Positions 16,269 through 25,654 are shown, numbered from the stretch's first letter. The stretch: 63,956 bases of DNA from Minisyncoccota bacterium (GCA_036399335.1 DASWNF010000002.1:1-63956); one strand, 5' to 3'. Notes: a model not told the origin generated them from the sequence alone. Numbers and translations are program-made.

Positions 16269-16342
16269 GGGTAAATTGTACAGGCTTGGAGGTATAAAGG
16301 AACGCGCTATCGGCTGGGAGCTTCCTGCTAGGGCTGCGGCAC

Positions 16343-16380
16343 TAAAAGAAAGGCGGGCACGTGTAGCGTGCCCGCCTTTC
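16343..16380 (-). terminator. rho-independent terminator
   Basis: GAAAGGCGGGCACG / CGTGCCCGCCTTTC stem with CTTTT on the minus strand, 3' of the S8 protease gene. Confidence 0.75.
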
Positions 16381-16398
16381 TCGTAACTCTCTCTAACC

Positions 16399-18549
16399 CT
16401 ACTTCTTCGTCACCACAACCGAACGCGTAAGGGTGGCCTTGTTGCCCGCCTTATCGGTTGCAGTGTAGGTCCGTACATACGTCCCGACGACCTTCGTATT
16501 TACCGTTCCGGTAATCGTTACAGCGACGGCGCCATCGACGGCATCGCGTGCCGTAGCCCCAGGTTCGACATACGTCTGGCCGGCCTTGAGATACAAGGGA
16601 TTGGCGCCAGTAAGCGTGAGTACTGGCGCGGTCATGTCTTTGACGATAACGGAGCGCGTTGCAGTGGCCTTGTTCCCTGCTGCGTCCGTAGCCGTATAGG
16701 TGACTGCGTAGGTGCCGACCACATTCATATTTACGCTCGAGCTGTTAATGGTGATGGACGAACTTGCGAGTGCGCCATCCACGGCATCAGTTGCAGTTGC
16801 ACCAAGCTCAACGTATGCCTGGCCGAGCGGAAGCGTCTGGGGGTTTGCGCCCTTCAGTACGATTACGGGAGGTGTAGTGTCTGTCGGCCCGTCGTCGAAG
16901 GTGATTAGGCAAGTGCGCACGTCATCTACCGCAAGCGCAATGCCCGTACATGCCGCTGAGACCGCATAGCCTGCCTTTGTTACGCCTGCAATCGTATACG
17001 TTCCCGGTGCGAGGGTCAGGGTCGTCGTGGCTGAGGCGAAGGAACGCGGTGCACTGCCGTCAACTTTGTAGGTAAAGCCCGGCAGGGTCGCTGCTCCCCC
17101 ATTGTCATTCTTAACGTGTGCGGCAAGCGTAACAGTGCCGGTAACGGATGCGTCGGCAACCGAAGCAAGTGCACCGAAAGCATTCACGCGCTTTCCCGTG
17201 AGTGTCCGGCCATCGTGCGAGCCAAGGCTGTCGCCGCCCGAAAGGACTGCACCCTTGAACGCGGTGGCGCTAAGCGAAGGCTTATACGCGGCAAGCAGCG
17301 CGACGATACCTGAGACGTGCGGTGCGGCCATGGAAGTGCCGGACATGTAGTCATATCCGAATAGGGCGTCGTCTTCGATTTCTGCCGGTTCCATATAGGC
17401 CTTGTCGGAACTTGGAGTAGGGCTTGCCTCAGGTGAGTTAGCCTCCTGGAGCAGTGGGTAGCCCATGGTGCTGACTATGTGCACGCCCGGTGCGGCCACG
17501 TCCACGCTTACGGCGCCCGTGTTCGAGAATGAAGCGAGGCTGTCCTGCGAATCGGTTGCGGCAACCGTAATGATATTTGGGAGGTCGTATGCGGCCGGGA
17601 AGGTGGGTTCTGTATCTATGTCCCTGCCTGCGTTACCGGCTGAGGCAACAAACACGCCCCCGGCTTCTCCGAAGCGCGCAATTGCGTCGCGCATGGCCAG
17701 GGAGTTGTCCGGTCCACCGAAACTCGCATTGATGACGGTCGCGCCGTTCTCTCGTGCGAAATCAATGGCACGGATGATGTCCTCGGTATAGAGGCTGAGG
17801 CCGTTTTGGTCTACCGTATCCGTGCGAAGGGCCATGATCTGCGCCTCGGGTGCCACACCGGCAATTCCCGTGCCGTTATCTGCCAGGGCAGCAATCGTGC
17901 CCGCGACGTGCGTACCGTGCGAGTGTGCCGGCTTAGGGTCGGTACTGTTCCTTGGGAAGTCATAGCCGTGCACGCAGCCGCCAAGCGGTTGGCCTGCCTC
18001 GTCTACGCAGTTAGCGCCGTCCCACATGTTTCCGGCGAGCTCCGGGTGCGTGTAGTACACGCCCGTATCTATAACGGCAACAATGACTCCCGAACCCTTA
18101 GAAAGCTGCCACGCTTCCTGGGCGTCGACATCAGCGTCAGGAAGACCCGTCACCCCGTTGACTACTTGTCCGCGGTTTTGCATACCCCACAGCAAGTTCC
18201 ACCGGGAATCGGTCGGGTTCGTGACGGTCTCGTCGAGCGTGTACGCATAGTTCGGTTCAGCGAACACGACGGAGGGATCTTTCTTAAGGAGTGCTGCGGC
18301 ATGCGCCGGCTGGCTGGTTTCAAGAAGGGCAAGGTTTGCATGCTTATGCAAACGCTTTACGGTAAGCCCATTTGATTCTGCGAACCGGTGGGCCTTTGCC
18401 TTTCCTTCCGAGTCGGCAAGGTCGATTTCCGATGCTACGAACTTAACGATAACGCCTTTAGGCTGGGGATGCGCTTCTTTGGCGAGAGTCAGCAACGGAC
18501 TGCCGAGTAACGTGAGCGCAAGTATCAAAGGTAAAGAACGTCGTAACAT
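16399..18549 (-). CDS. secreted S8 (subtilisin) family serine peptidase with two C-terminal Ig-like (DUF5011-type) domains
   Basis: Signal peptide and catalytic triad motifs VAVIDTGV, HGTHVAGTIAA, GTSMAAPHVSG. The C-terminus has two ~78-aa repeats, GANP..L..GQ.YVE.GATA.DAVDG...VGTY..TYTATD.AGNKAT.TRSV.V. Confidence 0.9.
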   Translation of the reverse strand: MLRRSLPLILALTLLGSPLLTLAKEAHPQPKGVIVKFVASEIDLADSEGKAKAHRFAESNGLTVKRLHKHANLALLETSQPAHAAALLKKDPSVVFAEPNYAYTLDETVTNPTDSRWNLLWGMQNRGQVVNGVTGLPDADVDAQEAWQLSKGSGVIVAVIDTGVYYTHPELAGNMWDGANCVDEAGQPLGGCVHGYDFPRNSTDPKPAHSHGTHVAGTIAALADNGTGIAGVAPEAQIMALRTDTVDQNGLSLYTEDIIRAIDFARENGATVINASFGGPDNSLAMRDAIARFGEAGGVFVASAGNAGRDIDTEPTFPAAYDLPNIITVAATDSQDSLASFSNTGAVSVDVAAPGVHIVSTMGYPLLQEANSPEASPTPSSDKAYMEPAEIEDDALFGYDYMSGTSMAAPHVSGIVALLAAYKPSLSATAFKGAVLSGGDSLGSHDGRTLTGKRVNAFGALASVADASVTGTVTLAAHVKNDNGGAATLPGFTYKVDGSAPRSFASATTTLTLAPGTYTIAGVTKAGYAVSAACTGIALAVDDVRTCLITFDDGPTDTTPPVIVLKGANPQTLPLGQAYVELGATATDAVDGALASSSITINSSSVNMNVVGTYAVTYTATDAAGNKATATRSVIVKDMTAPVLTLTGANPLYLKAGQTYVEPGATARDAVDGAVAVTITGTVNTKVVGTYVRTYTATDKAGNKATLTRSVVVTKK
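16402..16878. repeat. tandem duplication of Ig-like domain coding units
   Basis: Residues about 558-638 and 639-716 of the protease are paralogous at both protein and DNA level. Confidence 0.7.
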
Positions 18550-18630
18550 ATGAAGGAATTATGAATTATTAGTGTAAAGATTATCCTCTTGAAGGGATGG
18601 TCTGTCAAGGCATATTGCCGTGCGGGCTAC

Positions 18631-18659
18631 ATAAAAAGCCCCGCGAGTATCGCGGGGCT
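18631..18659 (-). terminator. rho-independent terminator
   Basis: AGCCCCGCG / CGCGGGGCT stem with a T5 run on the minus strand, 3' of gene 18685..19452. Confidence 0.75.
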
Positions 18660-18684
18660 TGAAGTCCTTTCTGGGGTTAGAGTA

Positions 18685-19452
18685 TCAGACGGTGCGCTTC
18701 TGGCGTAGGCGGCTGACCTTATTGATGGCCGACTTGACCATGACATTGTCGGGGTTATTGCCGTCCGCGCGCAGGATACGCAGGTTGTGGAGCGCCCATT
18801 CGATGGCGGATGTCTTGCGCTGGGCAGTCGCGCGCTTCACGAAGAACTCGACAGTTTCGCCGAACGCAAGCGGCTCGATGGATGGCTCCCCGCTAGCGCA
18901 GGAAACCTTCGCAACCGCGCCGCGCGTGTCGACGGCGAGGAAGTACTCACCCTCACGAACCTCGAAAAGCTGGTCCTTGGCGGGTTCCTTGTGGCGCCCC
19001 ACCTGCACGAACGGCCTCAAGTCACCATCACCGCCGGGCCAGAGGCCCAGGCCTTCTGCGAGCGGCGGGAAATCGAAGATAAGGCCCTGCCCGATGATGC
19101 GGACGATAATCCGGCTCTTCGGAATCCCCGGCTTCACCAACCGATAGATCTGATGCTTAATCGCATAGGCCTCCGCTTGGAGGACGCGCGACGAATCCTG
19201 GGATATGCCGGGATCCCTCCTTCCGTTCGCGCCCAGATAAAGCATGATTGCCGCCTCGCCCACGGGCACGACAAACTGCCCGTGCCTGTTCATAATCCGG
19301 ATGCCATCCTCAAAGGGGATGCCGCTCCTGCGTTTGGCCTTTTCGGTGATGGTAAAGCAATTAATATTTCTGGACACTCCAGGTCTCCCGGTTTGTGCTC
19401 TTCCCCATGCGGGAATTAAGCGATTGATACCACCGTCCAACAGTCCCGTCAA
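18685..19452 (-). CDS. hypothetical protein
   Basis: High GC3 in this frame. The start is uncertain: TTG at 19452, or ATG at 19293 (MNRHGQFVVPVGEAAIM...). No family recognised. Confidence 0.5.
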   Translation of the reverse strand: MTGLLDGGINRLIPAWGRAQTGRPGVSRNINCFTITEKAKRRSGIPFEDGIRIMNRHGQFVVPVGEAAIMLYLGANGRRDPGISQDSSRVLQAEAYAIKHQIYRLVKPGIPKSRIIVRIIGQGLIFDFPPLAEGLGLWPGGDGDLRPFVQVGRHKEPAKDQLFEVREGEYFLAVDTRGAVAKVSCASGEPSIEPLAFGETVEFFVKRATAQRKTSAIEWALHNLRILRADGNNPDNVMVKSAINKVSRLRQKRTV

Positions 19453-19471
19453 AATTCTTGCGGTTTTAAGT

Positions 19472-19501
19472 AAAGGAAGCGTCTGTGTAGACGCTTCCTT
19501 T
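19472..19501. terminator. hairpin terminator
   Basis: AAAGGAAGCGTCT-GTGT-AGACGCTTCCTTT, 3' of the FMN reductase gene. Confidence 0.65.
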
Positions 19502-19524
19502 ATTACTCTGTGAGTAAACGAGTC

Positions 19525-20109
19525 CTATTCCCCCGCCTCTTCAAGCTTAGCCCTCGAGGCCTTCATCTCTGCAGCCCAGAAGACCAGCCTGTCCATAAGC
19601 TCGTTAGCGGACGCCGCATGGCGCTCGGTAAATTGGTACTGGCCGTTCTCGTCGAGGTTCTCCCAGTAGTTCGGGAAGAGCACCTGCTCGCGGAGGTCAT
19701 AGAGCTTAACTTCGCCGGAGACGCCCCGAAGGTGCTCAACGGCGCGCGCGCCTCCGGCAAGCGAACCGTAGCTCACGAAGCCGACCGGCTTGTAGTGCCA
19801 CTCAAAGAATAGGTAGTCGATGGCATTCTTAAGTGCCGGCGAGTACGAGTGGTTGTATTCGGGCGTAACGAAGAGGAAGCCGTCGGCGGCATCGATGCGC
19901 TTCGACCACTCCTTCGTGTGCTCGTTTTGGTATTGGCGGAGGCTCGGCGGCACCGGCTCATCAAGAAATGGCAGGTTAAGCTCGGCAAGGTCAATAAGCT
20001 CGACATCCATGTCGCCGCGCGCCTTTGCGAGCGCATAGAGCCAATCGGCCGGCTGCTGGTTAAAACGCCCTGGGCGGGTCGAACCGGTAAGGATCTTTAT
20101 GTTTGGCAT
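19525..20109 (-). CDS. NAD(P)H-dependent FMN reductase family oxidoreductase
   Basis: MPNIKILTGSTRPGRFN...DGFLFVTPEYNHSYSPALKNAIDYL, the typical FMN_red pattern. Confidence 0.8.
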   Translation of the reverse strand: MPNIKILTGSTRPGRFNQQPADWLYALAKARGDMDVELIDLAELNLPFLDEPVPPSLRQYQNEHTKEWSKRIDAADGFLFVTPEYNHSYSPALKNAIDYLFFEWHYKPVGFVSYGSLAGGARAVEHLRGVSGEVKLYDLREQVLFPNYWENLDENGQYQFTERHAASANELMDRLVFWAAEMKASRAKLEEAGE

Positions 20110-20292
20110 ATAGTGACCCTATACCATCCGAAACCTGAGGAAGGTGTTAATAACTCAGTTGCTTGATTAGTCTTGCCATAAGTTGTAGACTAGACCTATC
20201 AAATCGCAGCGCTGCTCACGAGAAGGACGTCGAGTTTCGAATTTTCAGCCTCCTGCACTTGATGGTTATCAGGTGCGTCGTCTCTGACAAGC

Positions 20293-20493
20293 ATGCAAAA
20301 AGGAACAATCGTGAAGATCAACCCTAACGGGTTTGGCTTCATCAAGACCGAAGGCGCTACGAAGGATGTATTCTTCCACGCCAACGAGCTCGTGAACTCC
20401 CGCATCGACGATCTTCGCGAAGGCGATGAAGTCGAATTCGATATCGAGGAAAGCCCGAAAGGGCCGAACGCGGTACGCGTGAACAAGATCTAA
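20293..20493 (+). CDS. cold-shock domain protein
   Basis: 66 aa. GTIVKINPNGFGFIKTEG..DVFFHANEL carries RNP1/RNP2-like motifs. Confidence 0.85.
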   Translation: MQKGTIVKINPNGFGFIKTEGATKDVFFHANELVNSRIDDLREGDEVEFDIEESPKGPNAVRVNKI

Positions 20494-20502
20494 TCTTGCT
20501 CA

Positions 20503-20528
20503 AAAAGCGCCCCTCACGGGGCGCTTTT
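20503..20528 (+). terminator. rho-independent terminator 1 after csp
   Basis: AAAAGCGCCCC-TCAC-GGGGCGCTTTT. Confidence 0.8.
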
Positions 20529-20540
20529 GGTATCCGGGCG

Positions 20541-20571
20541 GCAAAAGGAGCGCTTATTGCGCTCCTTTTGC
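20541..20571 (+). terminator. second tandem hairpin
   Basis: GCAAAAGGAGCGC-TTATT-GCGCTCCTTTTGC. Confidence 0.65.
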
Positions 20572-20585
20572 ATTCATGGTATTAT
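20557..20585 (+). promoter_or_regulatory. promoter with extended -10, predicted leaderless start
   Basis: TTGCGC (20557-20562), 17 nt, TGgTATTAT (20577-20585). The ATG at 20592 is about 7 nt downstream and has no SD. Confidence 0.4.
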
Positions 20586-20591
20586 ACTGAC

Positions 20592-20834
20592 ATGAAGTCA
20601 CCCGACCTTGATCGCATCCGCTCGGAGCGCCCGCTCTCCCTGCCGGGCTTCCTCAAGATATATAACGACGACCTTCCGACCGGATTCCCTGCGGCGACCA
20701 TCGAGCTCCTGCGCGAATTCAAGAAGACGCACCGCTCGTTCTTCCGTCTCGACGCGAAGTGGTCCCTCGACCAGCACCGGAAGCGCGTCATGGATTGGCT
20801 TCCCGCCCGCTACCGCCGCGACGTATCGGAATAA
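20592..20834 (+). CDS. hypothetical protein (80 aa)
   Basis: MKSPDLDRIRSERPLSLPGFLKIYNDDLP... with good GC3. The upstream part of ORF 20496 is covered by terminators. Confidence 0.5.
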   Translation: MKSPDLDRIRSERPLSLPGFLKIYNDDLPTGFPAATIELLREFKKTHRSFFRLDAKWSLDQHRKRVMDWLPARYRRDVSE

Positions 20835-21156
20835 GGGATTTAGCGGTATACTGCCGCCAGTGGACTTGAGTATGTCCATTGGCCCTTAAAGCCGGTACTC
20901 CATACGGGACGTATACTCCTTCTGTCTCCGGTCGTGTCAGAGAAGTAAATCAACGATGTCGGCCCACGGATCGCTGGCCTTGGCTGGCGATTTCGCGATA
21001 TAGTTTACCTACAGCAACATTAATCCACTCTATCCATGTCACGAGGAAGCCAGAGCCACGGCGTGAGCCCAAAGAAAGTGCGCAAGTCACCCCCAAAGAC
21101 GAAGAAGCGTCTTGCTATCAAGCACGAGCGCATGGCCGCACGCACGAAGCGCGCGC

Positions 21157-21768
21157 CTAGGTAGCCTTCCGGAAGAGCCTCGACCCGAGCCAATAGAGGA
21201 GGACGGCACCAAAGGCCCCTCCGAAGTTGAAGATGAGGTCGAGCATGGCGTTTTCATACCCGCCGACGCCGTTGCGTTCCAAATTTACGGCAATAAGGAA
21301 TTCCATGATCTCGTTCATGGCGCTGACGCCCATGGACGCCATTACGGCAATAAGTGCGATAAGCCACGACGGGCCCGTCGCCCCCAAGGTGCGGCGCAGG
21401 AGATGGATAAAGACGAGCGACATGACGCCGTAGAGGTAGCCGTGTACGAGCTGGTCATATTTGAGTATGTAGAAGTCACCGCCATTATCGAGGACTGGAT
21501 AAATGCGGTACGCGAAGAGGACGCCGTCCGGAGTCGCTACTGCCCCGCCAAGAATATGGAGGAGTCCCCAGAACGATAAGAGGGCGAGTACGTACGTCGG
21601 AAAGCGTGTGATATGGAGCGTTCCGAATACGAGGGCGAACATGGCGACGATGACGCCGACATAGATAACGAATTCAATATTAAGGTCGCTCCAAAAGTGC
21701 GCCGCGCCAAGCACAAGGTAAAGCGCGCTGAAGCCGATTACGGCGAGCTGCCCGGGTGTGAATTTCAT
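21157..21768 (-). CDS. polytopic membrane protein, unknown family
   Basis: 203 aa with about 6 hydrophobic helices and high GC3. Confidence 0.65.
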   Translation of the reverse strand: MKFTPGQLAVIGFSALYLVLGAAHFWSDLNIEFVIYVGVIVAMFALVFGTLHITRFPTYVLALLSFWGLLHILGGAVATPDGVLFAYRIYPVLDNGGDFYILKYDQLVHGYLYGVMSLVFIHLLRRTLGATGPSWLIALIAVMASMGVSAMNEIMEFLIAVNLERNGVGGYENAMLDLIFNFGGAFGAVLLYWLGSRLFRKAT

Positions 21769-21790
21769 GCATTAAAGCTATCATGCTCGG

Positions 21791-22216
21791 ATGAGCTTTA
21801 AAGGCGCTATACGAAGGCTGTCCGTTGGCAGGCCCGCCCACACGGGCATCGAATACCTGCGCTTCCTCCCCGTAAGCGCCGTCACCTCGCTCATCGACTT
21901 CGGCGTGCTTATCCTCCTCACCGAGCTTGCCTCCGTGCACTATCTCACCTCGGCAACCATTGCCTTCACGGCCGGGCAAGCGTGGTCCTACGTCGTGAGC
22001 GTCACGTGGGTCTTTGCCCGCATGCATGCACGTGACCATACGCACGGCTTTATCATGTTCCTCTTCCTCTCCTGCATCGGCCTCGTCACGACCGTCTTCC
22101 TCCTTTGGGTGATGACCGAACACTTCGGCCTGTACTACCTGTATTCGAAGATAATCTGCAGCGCAATCACCTTCCAGCTCCTGTTCGTACTCCGGAAGAA
22201 GTTCCTCTTTTCCTAG
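21791..22216 (+). CDS. GtrA family membrane protein
   Basis: LRFLPVSAVTSLIDFGVLILLTE...YLTSATIAFTAGQAWSYVVSVTWVF... 141 aa with 4 TM, the GtrA-like pattern. Confidence 0.65.
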   Translation: MSFKGAIRRLSVGRPAHTGIEYLRFLPVSAVTSLIDFGVLILLTELASVHYLTSATIAFTAGQAWSYVVSVTWVFARMHARDHTHGFIMFLFLSCIGLVTTVFLLWVMTEHFGLYYLYSKIICSAITFQLLFVLRKKFLFS

Positions 22217-23448
22217 CCCTCGGCAGGTGCTTCCATGGCGGCTTTGAGGCGCAGGAGCGCGATGAGGAATGCGGCGCGACGCAAATCCGTGGCGCGTGTG
22301 AGCGCCTCGTCGTGCACCAGCACTGACTGCGTATCGAGGATGTCCTTTAGGCGGGCATTCACGTCTTCCTCCGTCCAGGTTTCATTCGTAAGGTTCTGCT
22401 TCCACTCGAAGTACGAGACGATGACGCCTCCTGCGTTTGCGAGAATGTCGGGAATGACGTGTATGCCGCGCGCGAACAGCCGGTCGTCCGCCTCGGGCGT
22501 TGTTGGGCCGTTGGCGAGCTCAAGGATGGCCTTTGCTTGTACATCGTTTACGTTAGCATCGGTTATCTGGTTCTCGAGCGCGGCCGGTATGAGTACGTCG
22601 CACGGGAGAAGGAGCAGTTCTGCATTGGTGATGGCAACGGCATCCGGATACCCCGCTAGGCTGCCGTGGGTATGCTTATAATCCTCGACGGCGGACACAT
22701 CAATACCTTCCGCCTTATACACGCCGCCGCGTGAGTCCGAGATGGCGACGACCGTATGCCCGGCCTCACTCAATATGCGCGCAGCCGTTCCGCCGACGTT
22801 GCCCATGCCCTGTACGGCAACCGTGCACTTTTCTGGGAGCCCCAGCCGCGCGCGAAGGGCGTTGAATACGTAAAAGCCGCCAAGCCCGGTCGCGCTTCCC
22901 CGCCCGAGCGAGCCGCCGCCGTCCACGGGCTTCCCGGTAAAGGTTGCGCGCGTCGTGTCTCCCGTGAGCTTCTCGTACTCGGACACCATCCAGGACATGA
23001 TCTCGGGAGTCGTATTTACGTCGGGAGCGGGCACATCAACCTTGGGCCCCAAGTCCCTGTACAACATGCGGACGAAGCCGCGTGAAAGCCGCTCAAGTTC
23101 ACCCGAGCTTAGGGCCTTCGGGTCGACGGTTATGCCGCCTTTCCCGCCGCCCATAGGGATATCGGCCACGCTTGTCTTGAGGGTCATCCAGAGCGCAAGC
23201 GCACGGACCTCGTTGATGTCGGCTTTCGGATGGAACCGGATACCTCCCTTATGTGGCCCGCGAAGGCTTGAGTGCTGTACCCGATATCCCTCGAAAAGCC
23301 TTGTTTCGCCAGTGTCCATGACGACGGGCACCGAGACCGTAATCTCGCGCTCGGGCACGGACATACGCTCTATAACGTTGGCCGGTACCTCGCCCGCGCG
23401 TGCGGCACGACGGAGCTGCTCAAGGGCGTTCTCGAATGGGTTTTGCAT
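22213..23448 (-). CDS. gdh: Glu/Leu/Phe/Val dehydrogenase (glutamate dehydrogenase-like)
   Basis: HKGGIRFHP, KTSVADIPMGGGKGGI and a GMGNVGG Rossmann motif. 411 aa. Confidence 0.9.
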   Translation of the reverse strand: MQNPFENALEQLRRAARAGEVPANVIERMSVPEREITVSVPVVMDTGETRLFEGYRVQHSSLRGPHKGGIRFHPKADINEVRALALWMTLKTSVADIPMGGGKGGITVDPKALSSGELERLSRGFVRMLYRDLGPKVDVPAPDVNTTPEIMSWMVSEYEKLTGDTTRATFTGKPVDGGGSLGRGSATGLGGFYVFNALRARLGLPEKCTVAVQGMGNVGGTAARILSEAGHTVVAISDSRGGVYKAEGIDVSAVEDYKHTHGSLAGYPDAVAITNAELLLLPCDVLIPAALENQITDANVNDVQAKAILELANGPTTPEADDRLFARGIHVIPDILANAGGVIVSYFEWKQNLTNETWTEEDVNARLKDILDTQSVLVHDEALTRATDLRRAAFLIALLRLKAAMEAPAEG

Positions 23449-23559
23449 ACGGAAAGGATACCACCGCCCGGAAACGGCGAGGCGTTCATAAACTCGACAG
23501 GTAGGGGGGTATAGAGTGCAGCCTCAGCAATACGAAATTCAGGAGCCTAATACCACCCT

Positions 23560-24648
23560 ATGCCGAAATTCATTCCCGGGCTTGAGCTGAATCAGGGCTT
23601 CTTTTTCGACGTCGTCGACCCGCTCATGAAAGAGCATTTCCCGCGCCTGCAGTATTCTGCGGGTCTCGTTGGGCATGGTTCCGACGTCATCGGTTTCGAC
23701 TCCAAGACCTCCGTCGACCACGATTGGGGGCCGCGGGTACACATGTTCTTCTCAAACCTCGACTTTGTCGCACACAAGAAAGAGGTCGACGACATGCTCC
23801 GCAAGAATTTGCCGTACGAATATAGGGGGTTCCCTACCCACTTTGAGGAGGGTGACCGCTACCGCAAGCACATCCCCCGGCTAAAGAAGTCAGGCGAGGT
23901 AAACCACCTCTTCGAGTTCTGGACGTTCCAATCCTTCTTCAAGCATTACCTTGGCTTTGACGTCCACAAGAAGCCGACCATCCGCGACTGGCTCCTGTTC
24001 CCACAGCAGGCACTCATAGAGATTACGCACGGCAACCTCTTCCGCGACGACCTGAACCTGCAGAAAATACGCCAGGAGTTCTATTACTACCCGGACGACA
24101 TCTGGAAGTACATGATGCAATCGCAGTGGGCGCGCATCATCGACGAATTCCAGATGCAGGCGCGTGCCGGTGAAGAGGGCGACGTGCTCGGTTCACGCGT
24201 CATTACGGCGCGCGCCATCCACAACATCGTCTTCATGTGCTTCTTGCTTGAGCGGAAGTACGTACCGTATGCGAAGTGGCGCACCAAGACCTTTGCCGAG
24301 CGCCTCGAGAGCGGGCGCAAGCTGCACCCCAAGCTGATGCGGATACTGAATGAGACCGATTGGAAGAAGCGCCAACGGATGCTTGCAAGGTGCTACCAGG
24401 CGCTTGCGAAGATGCACAACAACCTCCGCATCATGGAGCCTGTCTCGACGGACATCATCGATTACTACGGCCGCGGCTATGCCGTCATCGACGCCTGGAA
24501 GATATTCTTCGGCCTTGAGGGCACTATCCGGAACCAGAAGCTGCGGAACATGAAGTACCCGATCGGCTCAATCGACCAGTTCATCGACCACGTGCGCATC
24601 AACCACATGGATTACGTGTACTGGGAGCTGAAGGACGTCATCCAGTAG
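23560..24648 (+). CDS. DUF4037-like (nucleotidyltransferase-associated) protein
   Basis: LVGHGSDVIGFDSKTSVDHDWGPR resembles the G-S...D-x-D nucleotidyltransferase/DUF4037 N-terminus. 362 aa. Confidence 0.45.
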   Translation: MPKFIPGLELNQGFFFDVVDPLMKEHFPRLQYSAGLVGHGSDVIGFDSKTSVDHDWGPRVHMFFSNLDFVAHKKEVDDMLRKNLPYEYRGFPTHFEEGDRYRKHIPRLKKSGEVNHLFEFWTFQSFFKHYLGFDVHKKPTIRDWLLFPQQALIEITHGNLFRDDLNLQKIRQEFYYYPDDIWKYMMQSQWARIIDEFQMQARAGEEGDVLGSRVITARAIHNIVFMCFLLERKYVPYAKWRTKTFAERLESGRKLHPKLMRILNETDWKKRQRMLARCYQALAKMHNNLRIMEPVSTDIIDYYGRGYAVIDAWKIFFGLEGTIRNQKLRNMKYPIGSIDQFIDHVRINHMDYVYWELKDVIQ

Positions 24649-25528
24649 GTTCGGGTGCTCGTACCCCCTCTTCCTGCTCCTGCACCCCAAGCAGATGGCT
24701 GGCGTTGTCTGGTATGGCTTTAACGTAGAGCCACCAATGGTCTGAGCTCCGCTTCAATCCCCGGCCGCGGCCCCGCAGGCGTGCCGATATGGGCTTGAAT
24801 CCCCGGAGCGCGACGATGTCCGTGTCGTAGGTGCCGTGCGGATCGTGCCGAAGAGGGTCGTAATACCCGCCTTTGAAGGCGTGGTATGTACTCGGGCGAA
24901 GGGGCGCCGAAGGGCCTACTACCTGGAGGGCATCGATGAACCCGGCCTGGAGCAGCCGCTCATACGGCGAGCGCTTGCTCGGGTCTACCCAGTGCTGGTG
25001 CGGGCTGTTCACGCTGACGTTCATGTCGGCAGTAAAGATAACGCCTATCCCTGCCGCCCGCTCCTGGATGAACTTAAGGTCGGCCGCGCACGCCATGTCG
25101 CGCGCGAGCGCGCTTTTATTATCCCAGTGGCTGTTTACGTGCAGGAATTCCTTCCCGGTAACGAGGTCCTTCAAATGCGCCCAACTGCTGCCGCGTACCA
25201 TGCCGTCCCATGCGGGCTTTCTTGTGCCATCCTCGGAGAGCCAATAGTCACCGGAATCAAGAAGGGTGAGGCGCTTGGGGTCGTAGGCGATGCTGTTTAT
25301 GTAAATGTCGTCGTGGGCCTGCCCGGGCCTGAATATGAGCTCAGGGCGCGCCGCAGACAGGACCCGTAGGCTCTCCGGGCTACTTTCCTGGAAGCCGATT
25401 AGGTGCGCATGGATATCACCGAAGGCCTTGCTCGCCACCTGCGCCCGCTCGCCCCAACCCATCCACTCCTGTCCGGCGACGTTAGCGTTCAGAATCTTCA
25501 ATATTTCCCGCTCCAGCGTAATTCCCAT
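24638..25528 (-). CDS. endonuclease/exonuclease/phosphatase (EEP) family protein
   Basis: ILNANV...GFQE, VNSHWDN, FTADMN and a terminal SDHWW match EEP catalytic motifs. Confidence 0.7.
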   Translation of the reverse strand: MGITLEREILKILNANVAGQEWMGWGERAQVASKAFGDIHAHLIGFQESSPESLRVLSAARPELIFRPGQAHDDIYINSIAYDPKRLTLLDSGDYWLSEDGTRKPAWDGMVRGSSWAHLKDLVTGKEFLHVNSHWDNKSALARDMACAADLKFIQERAAGIGVIFTADMNVSVNSPHQHWVDPSKRSPYERLLQAGFIDALQVVGPSAPLRPSTYHAFKGGYYDPLRHDPHGTYDTDIVALRGFKPISARLRGRGRGLKRSSDHWWLYVKAIPDNASHLLGVQEQEEGVRAPEPTG

Positions 25529-25654
25529 TTAACGATGTTATAGCGTATTTCACCTAATGGCACCATGAAGCTGAGCATTGTCCCTTCGTAGCTCATCCTG
25601 GCCTCATTTAGGGATTACGCGAAGAAGCTGCCGAGGTCGCGTTATACTAGTTGC

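Noticed and set aside
18787-19419. 210-aa plus-strand ORF overlapping 18685..19452
   Set aside because: Third-position GC and the terminator arrangement (hairpins 3' of the minus-strand genes) favour the minus frame. The plus translation looks like shadow sequence.
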